Counted from the stretch's first letter, positions 17,707-25,919 are shown. The stretch: DNA of 42,968 nt from Patescibacteria group bacterium (GCA_023474215.1 JAMCYI010000007.1:1-42968); one strand, 5' to 3'. The notes: generated from the letters alone by a model not told the origin. Numbers and translations are program-made.

Positions 17707-18717
17707 TCACAAATAATTCGGCTTGTTGCTGAACGATTCAGCCTGCCGCACGATCTTCGCCATGGCCTTCAGGGCCTGTACCGGGTATTCGCCGGACGCC
17801 GTTTCGTCGGAAAGCATGACCGCATCCGTTCCATCCCAAATCGCATTTGCGATATCGGAAACTTCGGCCCGCGTCGGATGCGCATGATTGACCATCGATG
17901 TCAACATTTGCGTCGCCGTAATGGAAAACTTCCCGTGCCATGCAGCATGGCGGATCAGGTTTTTTTGAATGAACGGCAGTCTTTCTTCCGGCACCTCGAT
18001 GCCCAAATCGCCGCGGGCGATCATGATGCCGTCGGAAGCTTGGATGATCGCATCGATGTTCTTCAAGGCCAGCGCCGTTTCGATCTTTGCAATGATCTTC
18101 GCCCTGCCGCGTATGATCCGCTTCGCTCGGACGATATCATCCGCCGTCTGAACGAACGAAACTGCGACGTAGTCGATCCCTTCCCGAAGACCGAATTTCA
18201 AATCCGCAACATCCTTCTTGGTAAGGCCGGCAGCGGAAAGTTTCGTATCCGGAACGTTGACGGCTTTCCGGGAATACAGCACCCCTCCCCGCACGACACT
18301 GGCGAAGATCTTCCGATCCTTGACCCTGAGAGTCTTCAGTTCCATGTCGCCGTTCGAAAGAAAGATCGAATCCCCCTTCTTGATCTCAAGATGAAGCCGC
18401 GGGCTGTCGACGAAAATGGCATCCCGGTCGAGAGCGTTGGTCGAAAAAACGATCGTACTTCCCTCTTCCAGTTTTATGCCCTCGGAAGGCAGTTTGCCGA
18501 CCCTGATGCGGGGCCCTTGAAGGTCCTGCAGCACCCGGATCTCTCTTCTGCATTTTTTAGCCGCCCACAGTAGCGTTTTTTTGACTTCTTTCAGCTCCTC
18601 ATGGGTGCAATGGGAAAAATTCAGCCGAGCGATATCCATCCCCGCTTCCCCGAGTTTCACGACGGTATCGCGGCCCTCCGAAACCGGACCCAATGTCGCT
18701 ATGATCTTCGTTCTCAT
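17707..18717 (-). CDS. pyk: Pyruvate kinase lacking the C-terminal regulatory domain
   Basis: RTKIIATLGP, RLNFSH, DLQGP, AKIE, ARGDLGIE, ATQML, PTRAEVSD, MLSDETASGEYP; stops soon after the A domain. Confidence 0.92.
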   Translation of the reverse strand: MRTKIIATLGPVSEGRDTVVKLGEAGMDIARLNFSHCTHEELKEVKKTLLWAAKKCRREIRVLQDLQGPRIRVGKLPSEGIKLEEGSTIVFSTNALDRDAIFVDSPRLHLEIKKGDSIFLSNGDMELKTLRVKDRKIFASVVRGGVLYSRKAVNVPDTKLSAAGLTKKDVADLKFGLREGIDYVAVSFVQTADDIVRAKRIIRGRAKIIAKIETALALKNIDAIIQASDGIMIARGDLGIEVPEERLPFIQKNLIRHAAWHGKFSITATQMLTSMVNHAHPTRAEVSDIANAIWDGTDAVMLSDETASGEYPVQALKAMAKIVRQAESFSNKPNYL

Positions 18718-18741
18718 ACTCCTCATGATATACTGGAAGTT

Positions 18742-19113
18742 ATGGAAAGTGAATTGCGGTTTTGCCCTCATTGCGGGGCAGGCGTGACCCCCGATGCGAT
18801 CTTTTGTTCACACTGCGGCAAGCCGCTCGAAGAACCGAAACTCTCGACATCGATCGGAAAACAGATCCTCATTTACTTCGTGAGCCTTTTTTTGCCGCCG
18901 TTCGGCCTCGCATGGACATTCAAGTACCTCCGCCAACAAAATAAAACGGCGAGGACTGTCGGCCTCGTCTCGCTTATCCTCACCATCGTCGGCATCATCG
19001 GGACCGTTTGGATCACGATGGGTCTCCTCAACAATTTAAGTTCTTCCTTGAATTCTTCCCTCGGCGGTTCAATCAACGACTCCCAACTAAACCAGTTTCT
19101 CCAAAACTACTAG
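18742..19113 (+). CDS. Zinc-ribbon membrane protein
   Basis: FCPHCG...FCSHCG followed by two TM helices; TATACT 7 nt upstream of ATG. Confidence 0.8.
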   Translation: MESELRFCPHCGAGVTPDAIFCSHCGKPLEEPKLSTSIGKQILIYFVSLFLPPFGLAWTFKYLRQQNKTARTVGLVSLILTIVGIIGTVWITMGLLNNLSSSLNSSLGGSINDSQLNQFLQNY

Positions 19114-20207
19114 ATCTCCTTGAAATGCTTTGAGAGTTTCGCGTTGGATTGCGCGGTATAATTCGACGTGCCGATGGAGTCATAAATGACCTCGGGAATC
19201 TCCGTCAAATATTCGAATTTCACTTTTGCGATCGCTTGCTTATTCCGGATGATCATATCCTCGAACGGCCTCACCTCCAAGGTCGCCGGACGTCCCTTTG
19301 CTTCGCCGTTTTTGCCGTATCCCCATCCCGGGTCGAAAAAGCCGGCATAGTGCGATCGGAATTCGCCGCTTCGTTCATCCATCGGCGCAACTTCAAGCGC
19401 CATTGAAGGCGGCACTCGGACAGCTTCCTTCGTCGAAAGGATATAAAACCCGCCTTTTTTCAAGGAAATGCTTTCTTCTTCTTTTTTTACTTCGCGGAAA
19501 AAGTCATCGGGATGGTAGAACTTCCGCTTCGAAAAATCCATCACCTTGTTCGACCCCAAACATTCAAAGCCAACGACATCTTGATCGAGATCCAGCCTTA
19601 AAATGACCGATCCGTCGCCGTCCTTTATCTTTATGTCTTCGTAGCGGATCGGCTCGCCGTGACTGTCAAAAACAAGGGATTCCTTGCTCATAACTTCCTC
19701 CAATTCCTGCTCGGAAAGCCGCGTATCACGATTGAAAAAACGGCCTTGGGTCAACCGTTCACCGGGAGAAACCTTCACGGGGTATGAGCGGGGGTTCACT
19801 GCAAGCCAAAGCGTCCCGCGGTATCCGCGCGGGATCGTATCGTAACGGGAAACGCCGTCCGCGAGGACGCGGACATGGACATCGTTCCGCCCCGTCGAAC
19901 TTTTCGGATTGCAGTAGCCGTAAATGTCCGGCGGCAGAGCGATAACCTCATTGAGGCGCGCAAGATACGTGACGTCGCGCTCGAGCGGATTTTCGAACGT
20001 GTGCTTCGAATGCTCGGCTTTTTCCAAAAGCTCCGCCACCTTTTCCCCCGGCCGCGGGAGAAAAATCCCTTCCACTCGGTATATTTCTTCGGAGAGGGAA
20101 AAATCGAGCGAGGCCGGATTGACGTTTTCCTCTTTTGCGTTCTTGAACGTGCCGTCCGCGATGAACGCTTTGATGCTTTGATAAGGCAGCGCTCCCAGTT
20201 TATCCAT
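19110..20207 (-). CDS. dcd: dCTP deaminase (long two-domain DCD type)
   Basis: NPASLD, NPKSSTGRND, GEFRSHYAGFFDPGWG, LEVRP, SNY..Q..KLSKHF. Confidence 0.9.
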   Translation of the reverse strand: MDKLGALPYQSIKAFIADGTFKNAKEENVNPASLDFSLSEEIYRVEGIFLPRPGEKVAELLEKAEHSKHTFENPLERDVTYLARLNEVIALPPDIYGYCNPKSSTGRNDVHVRVLADGVSRYDTIPRGYRGTLWLAVNPRSYPVKVSPGERLTQGRFFNRDTRLSEQELEEVMSKESLVFDSHGEPIRYEDIKIKDGDGSVILRLDLDQDVVGFECLGSNKVMDFSKRKFYHPDDFFREVKKEEESISLKKGGFYILSTKEAVRVPPSMALEVAPMDERSGEFRSHYAGFFDPGWGYGKNGEAKGRPATLEVRPFEDMIIRNKQAIAKVKFEYLTEIPEVIYDSIGTSNYTAQSNAKLSKHFKEI

Positions 20208-20589
20208 TTGAAAAGGGTTCGATGAGCTTGTGCTTTTTGACTTCGGTTATTTTATTTTTGTCGTCGACGAATACGACGACCGGTTCGATGTGTTCCATTT
20301 CCTCCGGTTCCACCCATGCTTCCGCAAGAATGATCACCTTATCCCCCGGCTGAAAGATCCTCGCTGGCGGCCCATTGAGGCAAATATCTCCCTTCCCTCG
20401 ATCGCCTGCTATCGCATACGTTCTCCACAAAGACCCGTTCGAACAATTGGTTATTTGGAGGATTTGGTACGGCTTGATGTGCGCCGCGTCCATAAGATCT
20501 TGGTCGATGGTAATGGAGCCGACATAGTTCAAGTCGGCCTCGGTGACCGTCGCCCGGTGTATTTTCGACGTGCAAATGGTTATTTTCAT
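20200..20589 (-). CDS. panD: Aspartate 1-decarboxylase (pyruvoyl-dependent)
   Basis: SKIHRATVTEADLNYVG/SITID self-cleavage site, TYAI, ICLNG, GDKVII. Confidence 0.92.
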   Translation of the reverse strand: MKITICTSKIHRATVTEADLNYVGSITIDQDLMDAAHIKPYQILQITNCSNGSLWRTYAIAGDRGKGDICLNGPPARIFQPGDKVIILAEAWVEPEEMEHIEPVVVFVDDKNKITEVKKHKLIEPFSNG

Positions 20590-20599
20590 CGTGATTTCA

Positions 20600-20669
20600 G
20601 TATACCTCCACACCTGACGGCGGACAATCCCATCGCCATGCACATCCACTGCTAGGTGTGGGGGTATAC
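20600..20669. other. Long intergenic stem-loop upstream of panD
   Basis: GTATACCTCCACACCT...AGGTGTGGGGGTATAC, 16-bp stem with one G-T. Confidence 0.7.
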
Positions 20670-20677
20670 CTCCGGCC

Positions 20678-21319
20678 TTATTCCAGTTCAATCTTGAAAT
20701 CCGAAGGGGTTCCTCCGCAATACTTTTGGAAACTTTCCCATGATGCCTCTTCGACAACGGCCCGGCTCTTTTTGCCGCTCTTCGAGATCATATCTCCGAA
20801 TGAACTGCAAAAGGATATGGCGTCGATCTTCACATTTTTCTTCTTGGCGCTCGTAAAAGCTTCATTGACCTCCGTCTTGAAATCGTCGTCCAAAGTCTTC
20901 ACGATTTGATTTTTCTTCGTCGAGGAAGCGGCCGAAGAAACCTCTTCAATTTCCTCCAAACGCCGCTCGGCAAACTCACGATGGAGATACGGTTTGCTCC
21001 CCGAAGAAGCGAAGGTGAGCGTAATGTCTTCCCCGAGCCGCTTCAAAGGATATAAAGGATGGGTCGGCGGAACATTTTGGGCGTCGGCGTAAGCGACCAA
21101 TCCCCCGCCGAGTCCCACAATGATCGCAAAGGTTACGGAATATTTGAGCATCCAGCCGAATCTTTTCCTTACGGGAACAGCAATGCCCTTCGTGCCGGAA
21201 ATGCGCGAAAGAAAATCGGCTTTGGCGGCTTCCAGAAACGCAGGATCCGGCGAAAATTTCTTCCGGAGAAGCTTCTTTATTTTCCGCGTATGGACGTGAT
21301 GCTGGATGAATTTAATCAT
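20678..21319 (-). CDS. DUF5667-type membrane-anchored protein, probable anti-sigma factor
   Basis: One TM helix, then A..VPPTHPLYPLKRLGE...AERRLEE; overlaps the ECF sigma gene. Confidence 0.7.
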   Translation of the reverse strand: MIKFIQHHVHTRKIKKLLRKKFSPDPAFLEAAKADFLSRISGTKGIAVPVRKRFGWMLKYSVTFAIIVGLGGGLVAYADAQNVPPTHPLYPLKRLGEDITLTFASSGSKPYLHREFAERRLEEIEEVSSAASSTKKNQIVKTLDDDFKTEVNEAFTSAKKKNVKIDAISFCSSFGDMISKSGKKSRAVVEEASWESFQKYCGGTPSDFKIELE

Positions 21320-21857
21320 GATAAAGATTTTTGATTTTTTTGATCAGGCGATGAGCGGCAACGCGAAGCGAGACTTCGGTTTTCCCCAAGGCAGCCGACA
21401 TTTCCCGGTATGACAATCCTTCAATGTATCTCATGAGAAAAATGTCCTGGTCTTCTTCTGAGAATTCTTTGACTTTGTTCAAGATTTCCGAGACGAATTC
21501 CTTGGTATCCAAAGACTCATCGATCGCAAACTCATCCTCTTCGACGTCCTCGATCCCGGAAAGCGATACGTTCTTCCGCTCCCGGAAGTAGTCGTTCAAG
21601 GTATTTCGCGCAATCTGCCAAAACCAAGGCGTGAAATTTCCGACCGAAGGGTTGAACGTTTCGATCCTCCCGACCAATTTGACGAAGACTTCCTGAACCA
21701 GATCTTCGGCAACGCCTTTTATGCCGGTCCGCTGCAGGAAAAAACCAAAGAAAAGCGGGGCGAATTTTTCGAAAATGGCCGCACCCGCCCGCTCATCGCC
21801 ATCCTTGAGCCGCACCGCCAATGCATTCCAATCCTCTGGTGTGGAAGTTTTTCTCAT
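21312..21857 (-). CDS. ECF RNA polymerase sigma factor
   Basis: AEDLVQEVF, FTPWFWQIARNTLNDYFR, EGLSYREMSAALGK..SLRV..HR. Confidence 0.92.
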   Translation of the reverse strand: MRKTSTPEDWNALAVRLKDGDERAGAAIFEKFAPLFFGFFLQRTGIKGVAEDLVQEVFVKLVGRIETFNPSVGNFTPWFWQIARNTLNDYFRERKNVSLSGIEDVEEDEFAIDESLDTKEFVSEILNKVKEFSEEDQDIFLMRYIEGLSYREMSAALGKTEVSLRVAAHRLIKKIKNLYHD

Positions 21858-21861
21858 ATAA

Positions 21862-21889
21862 TATACGGGACGTTTTGTCAATTGTTACA
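21862..21889 (-). promoter_or_regulatory. Putative ECF-dependent autoregulatory promoter
   Basis: TGTAAC-N16-CGTATA directly before the sigma ATG; matches the AAC/CGT ECF consensus. Confidence 0.65.
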
Positions 21890-22790
21890 CGTTCAGGTAG
21901 CGTCTCGTTGCAACGATGCTCGAGACAACTCCCAATCCAATTCCAAAAAGTGCCTGGTACAAAAACAAAATGAGAAAATTGCCGGCAAAGTAAGAACTCA
22001 AGTTCACCTCCGGAATGAAACTATTCACGTGGGGAGATATGAACGTGATGACGGGGATCATAACGAGAAAGCTCACGAACGCCGCAATGAGTCCGTACAT
22101 GGCCCCTTCGATGAGATACGGGCCGCTGATGAATTTGTTGGATGCCCCCACGAGGCGCATGATGCCGATTTGATCTTTGTTCGAAAAGATCGCAAGGCGA
22201 ATGGTATTGAACGTCACCGCAGCCGCGAGGAACGCCAGAAACACCGTAAGGACGAAACCTCCGGTCGTAAAATTGTCGACCAACGATACCAAACGGTTGA
22301 TGACCACTTGGTTTTGGGCGTAATTGATCTTGTAGATGATATTCTGGAAGTCCGGCTTTTCGAGATACGCGGCGATCGTGTCGTAATGGTGGATATCCTT
22401 CGCCTTGATGTCGAGCGAAGGAAGAAGCGGATTGGAGCCGAGGGTATCGAGCGTCTTCGTGATCGCTTGATCGCCCGCATGGAGCGCTTTGAAGTTGGCA
22501 AGCGCTTGCTCTTCGGAAACGTAGGTCACATACTGCACTTCGTTCAATCCTTCAAGCGACTGTTTCAAGTTCAAAATGGTATCTTCTGGCACATTGCTCT
22601 GGAAATAAACCGTGATATCAACCTTGTCCTGAATGGTTTGAATGGCACCTTGAGAAATGATGTTGAAAAGTATGAGCCCTTCGAAGACGATAAGCGCGAG
22701 GATCATGATGGCGATCGTCGAAAAAGAGAGCCACCCATCCCTCAAAAAACTCTGAACGCCGTATTTAAAAATCCTGAATAAATTGATCAT
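21885..22790 (-). CDS. ftsX: Cell division permease FtsX
   Basis: TM + extracytoplasmic domain, NPL, NTIRLAI, IMRLVGAS..FI..PY.IEG. Confidence 0.93.
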   Translation of the reverse strand: MINLFRIFKYGVQSFLRDGWLSFSTIAIMILALIVFEGLILFNIISQGAIQTIQDKVDITVYFQSNVPEDTILNLKQSLEGLNEVQYVTYVSEEQALANFKALHAGDQAITKTLDTLGSNPLLPSLDIKAKDIHHYDTIAAYLEKPDFQNIIYKINYAQNQVVINRLVSLVDNFTTGGFVLTVFLAFLAAAVTFNTIRLAIFSNKDQIGIMRLVGASNKFISGPYLIEGAMYGLIAAFVSFLVMIPVITFISPHVNSFIPEVNLSSYFAGNFLILFLYQALFGIGLGVVSSIVATRRYLNV

Positions 22791-22797
22791 CTTTTTC

Positions 22798-23481
22798 TTA
22801 ATCTATTATAAATCTTCCGTGGGCCTCGTCTTTTATAACCTCCCCCTTTTCGAGCGTGATCACCCGCTCCCCGAGCGCATTCACGATCTCCTTGTCATGC
22901 GTTGCAAGGATCACGACGCTCCCCAACTCATTGATCTTCTTCAAAAGCTTGATGACCTCCCACGTATTGAAGGGGTCCAAGTTGCCGGTCGGTTCGTCCG
23001 CAACGAGAACGTCCGGTTGGTTGATCATTGCCCGGGCGATCGCGACCCGCTGTTTTTCTCCGCCCGAGAGCTCGGCTGGAAAATTCTGCGCCTTATCCTT
23101 CAAACCGACCATATCCAAAACTTGCGGGACCAGTTCATTGATATCGCGCTGCGGCCTCCCTTCAACCTCCAAGGCGAACGCAACGTTCTCAAAAGCGGTC
23201 TTCTTGGGCAGGAGACGGAAATCTTGGAAGATGACGCCGATATGCCTTCTGAACTCCGGCAACTCCGACGGCTTCAGCTTGTTCACTTCATACGAACCGA
23301 AGAAGATCTGCCCTTTGGTTGGTTTTTCTTCGCCGGTAAGGAGTTTGATGATGGTCGATTTCCCCGCGCCGGATCGGCCGACGAGCGATACGAATTCGTT
23401 CGGCTGTATCTTGAAGCCCACCTTGTCGAGCGCAACTGTTCCATGGTTGTACGTTTTCGTTACGTTTTGAAACGTGATCAT
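22798..23481 (-). CDS. ftsE: Cell division ATP-binding protein FtsE
   Basis: GRSGAGKST, VIFQDFRLL, LSGGEKQR, ADEPTGNLD; adjacent to ftsX. Confidence 0.95.
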   Translation of the reverse strand: MITFQNVTKTYNHGTVALDKVGFKIQPNEFVSLVGRSGAGKSTIIKLLTGEEKPTKGQIFFGSYEVNKLKPSELPEFRRHIGVIFQDFRLLPKKTAFENVAFALEVEGRPQRDINELVPQVLDMVGLKDKAQNFPAELSGGEKQRVAIARAMINQPDVLVADEPTGNLDPFNTWEVIKLLKKINELGSVVILATHDKEIVNALGERVITLEKGEVIKDEAHGRFIID

Positions 23482-23561
23482 GATAATAAAAAGCTCTAAG
23501 CTTCCGCTTTTAGCCTCACGTGGTGATTATAGAACATATCCCCTCTTGAAACAACCAGTTA

Positions 23562-23700
23562 CCTAAAAACTCTAAATCCTAAGCACTAAATCCTAAACAA
23601 CGAACGAAATCAAAAATCACAATGACCAAAACGTGTTTAGCACTTTGGATTTGGAACATTGGAATTTATTTAGGATTTAAGATTTTGAATTTAGGATTTC
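23562..23700 (-). repeat. Heptamer-periodic palindromic repeat, copy A
   Basis: (AAATCCT)n-like arm and (AGGATTT)n-like arm; reverse-complement homolog of 32866..33003. Confidence 0.85.
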
Positions 23701-24401
23701 AGATCTTGCTTGATAAGGTCGAGGTTTCCCTCTAAAACCTCCTCCACTTTCGTGATCTTGAGTCCCGTTCGATGATCTTTCACTTGCTTGTACGGGTGGA
23801 GGACGTATGAACGGATCTCATGCCCCCATTCCGGTTCCACCCTGACACGCAAATTGGCGACTTCCTTTTCGTGTTTTTCTTCCATGATTTTCACGAGCTT
23901 CGATTTCAAAAGCATCATTGCCTTTTCGCGATTTTGGCTTTGCGACCGCTCACTTTGAGAAGAAACCGCAATGCCGGTCGGCACGTGCACAATGCGGACG
24001 GCCGTCTCCACCTTGTTGACATTCTGTCCCCCAGGGCCGGAAGACCGGGCAAATTCAATCTTCAGATCTTTCTCCGGGATCACGAGGTCGTCGGCGCCGA
24101 CCCTCCGGAACGCCGGGACGGCTTCGACGAGAGCGAACGACGTATGGCGCAGTTTCTTGGCGTCAAAGGGCGAAATGCGGACCAGCCGGTGTACGCCCGA
24201 CTCATCCTTCAGAAGGTCGTAGACATCTTTTCCCCTGACCTCTAAAGTGTTGTCGTTCACGAAAGAATATTTCAATCCTTTCCGGTCGGAATATTTCTTG
24301 TACATAAGAAGAAGCATCCGCGCCCAGTCCTTGGCGTCTTCTCCTCCTGCACCGGCAAAAACGGAGAGGTAAACCGTATTGGTATCGAAATGCGAATCCA
24401 T
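23691..24401 (-). CDS. prfB: Peptide chain release factor 2, N-terminally truncated (~236 aa)
   Basis: GAGGEDAKDWA, ESGVHRLVRISPF (RF2 SPF motif), RHTSFA, GPGGQNVNK, IRSYVLHPY. Confidence 0.88.
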   Translation of the reverse strand: MDSHFDTNTVYLSVFAGAGGEDAKDWARMLLLMYKKYSDRKGLKYSFVNDNTLEVRGKDVYDLLKDESGVHRLVRISPFDAKKLRHTSFALVEAVPAFRRVGADDLVIPEKDLKIEFARSSGPGGQNVNKVETAVRIVHVPTGIAVSSQSERSQSQNREKAMMLLKSKLVKIMEEKHEKEVANLRVRVEPEWGHEIRSYVLHPYKQVKDHRTGLKITKVEEVLEGNLDLIKQDLKS

Positions 24402-24476
24402 GGAGCCAATGGTCGGATTTGAACCGACGACCCACGCTTTACGAAAGCGTTGCTCTACCAGCTGAGCTACATTGGC
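24401..24476 (-). tRNA. tRNA-Thr (anticodon CGU), CCA encoded
   Basis: GCCAATG/CATTGGC acceptor stem, D-arm AGCTCAGCTGGTAGAGC, anticodon arm ACGCT-TTCGTAA-AGCGT, T-loop GGTTCAAATCC. Confidence 0.96.
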
Positions 24477-24482
24477 AAAATA

Positions 24483-24831
24483 GGCAAGCCGTAAGCGGGA
24501 TTCTGTGTCGCCCGCGAATCCGCGGGCTAGCGACAATCTGTCTGGGCCCTCGATCGCTCTCGGGCTCTGGCGGCGCTTCCGCCTCATGGGCGGACACGGC
24601 CTTGCATCCCGTAAGGATTTAGCCGTTTCACCTCCGCTTTTTTGTCCCTATGGCGGAGTTGAGCCAACGAGCTTGGGATTGGGCTCCTCCGGGCTTTTCA
24701 ACCCGAAGCGTCACTGCTCGCACCTCTATCCTTTCGGACGACGGCTGTTAGCCGCTACGTTTAGCCCCTATGGGCTGGATGTCCCGACTTTCCTCCCCGA
24801 TCTTGCGACCGGAGCTGTCGCCTGGCTTGCC
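24483..24831 (-). ncRNA. rnpB: RNase P RNA
   Basis: P1 GGCAAGCC/GGCTTGCC; GAGGAAAGTCGGG ... ACAGAATCCCGCTTA P4 pairing; GGTGAAACGG and GCAAG conserved regions. Confidence 0.93.
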
Positions 24832-25017
24832 GGGTACCATAGTATCATGAAAACCTCGCAAAATAAAGGGCCAGCACCGTTTACCTTCTCCCCATAAGAT
24901 ATTGCGTTTAAATAAAAAGACTCGGGACAATAGCCACATATTCCCCCGAGTTCCCGAGAATAGTGTGTGGCCACTATTCTCGGGTGGAGCGGGTATAGCC
25001 CAATAAAACCTTCAAGC

Positions 25018-25160
25018 AAGTGTGAGTACTCTTTGAGCAAACCGTTGCGGAGTCCGAGCGGGCACGGGTTCCGCCGGAGGCGGAAGAGCGAGGACGAGCA
25101 CGAGCGCGCATTCCACGCCGGGGAATGCGACGCGTGTTTGCAAAGAGAGTACTCACACTT
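25018..25160 (+). repeat. Structured intergenic element, copy 2
   Basis: AAGTGTGAGTACTCT...AGAGTACTCACACTT closing stem; core homologous to 16775..16912. Confidence 0.8.
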
Positions 25161-25164
25161 ACGC

Positions 25165-25764
25165 CTACACGAACTTGCAAAACGTCTTCCGGTGCACCGG
25201 CGAGAGTCCGTGCTTCTTGATCGCTGCAAGGTGCGCGCGCGTTCCGTACCCGACATGCCTCTCGAATCCGTACGCCGGATATTTTATGGAAAGCCTTTTC
25301 ATATACCGATCGCGATGCACTTTTGCCAAGACAGACGCAGCGCGCACGGCATTGATCTTTTGATCGGCTTTAATCATGGTCCGTCCGCCTTCAACAAAAA
25401 GGCCGCCGTCCAAAAAAACAACCGAGTGCTCGATCGGTATCCCCTTTTCTTCCGTGAGCTTCTTTAACGAGCGCTTAACCGCGAGGTTTGCCGCACGGGA
25501 AATGTTCACGCGGTCGATAACCGCGGGCGAGATGCTCGTAACGGCAAAGGCGACTCCGGCCTTTTTCAATTTTTTTACCCACGCTTCGCGCGACTTTGCG
25601 GTGAGTTTTTTCGAATCATCCAAACGGACGCCGTTTTCAAGCGGAGTGAATTTCATGCCCCGCGGGATGGCCGCGGCGCAAACCGTAACGGGCCCCGCCA
25701 AAGGTCCTCGCCCCACTTCATCGATGCCAATAATGTATCTATTCACAGCGTTATTACCCATCAT
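25165..25764 (-). CDS. rnhB: Ribonuclease HII
   Basis: GIDEVGRGPLAGPV, LDDSKKL, FLDG, AASVLAKVHRD, GYGT..H, HRKTF. Confidence 0.95.
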   Translation of the reverse strand: MMGNNAVNRYIIGIDEVGRGPLAGPVTVCAAAIPRGMKFTPLENGVRLDDSKKLTAKSREAWVKKLKKAGVAFAVTSISPAVIDRVNISRAANLAVKRSLKKLTEEKGIPIEHSVVFLDGGLFVEGGRTMIKADQKINAVRAASVLAKVHRDRYMKRLSIKYPAYGFERHVGYGTRAHLAAIKKHGLSPVHRKTFCKFV

Positions 25765-25832
25765 ATCTCAAATGAGCCCAGCTATAAAACAAATCGGCCG
25801 ATCGGGCAATTGCCTTTCGAAAGGAACTTTTT

Positions 25833-25919
25833 ATAATGAAGGGGTATTCAGAGATAAACGCACTCCGCCATCCGGGAAACCGGCGATCGGCGAGACGGCG
25901 CAATCTCCCCATTCATTAT
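25833..25919 (+). other. Long stem-loop between TATAAT and the dnaE start codon
   Basis: ATAATGAA-GGGG...CCCC-ATTCATTAT closing stem; inner GAGAT/ATCTC and CCGG-GAAA-CCGG. Confidence 0.65.

Noticed and set aside
20590-20757. N-terminal extension of PanD in the ORF track
   Set aside because: PanD homology begins at MKITICTSKIHRA (20589); the extension crosses a hairpin and the upstream gene. Similar over-extensions were trimmed for the HAD, EEP, nusB, rplK and arsR genes.
23562-23700. Possible CRISPR array in the AT-rich repeats
   Set aside because: Units are degenerate 7-mers without unique spacers, and there are no cas genes in the window.
24401-24476. tRNA-Thr as the attachment site of an integrated island
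   Set aside because: No integrase and no duplicated tRNA 3' end were found in the window.
24402-24587. 62-aa N-terminal extension of the RF2 ORF in the ORF track
   Set aside because: It runs through tRNA-Thr and the 3' end of RNase P RNA and does not resemble RF2 domain 1; probably a chance open frame.
24768-25467. ORFs 24768..25256 (-) and 24967..25467 (+)
   Set aside because: They overlap rnpB, the structured element and rnhB, and show no recognisable protein motifs.
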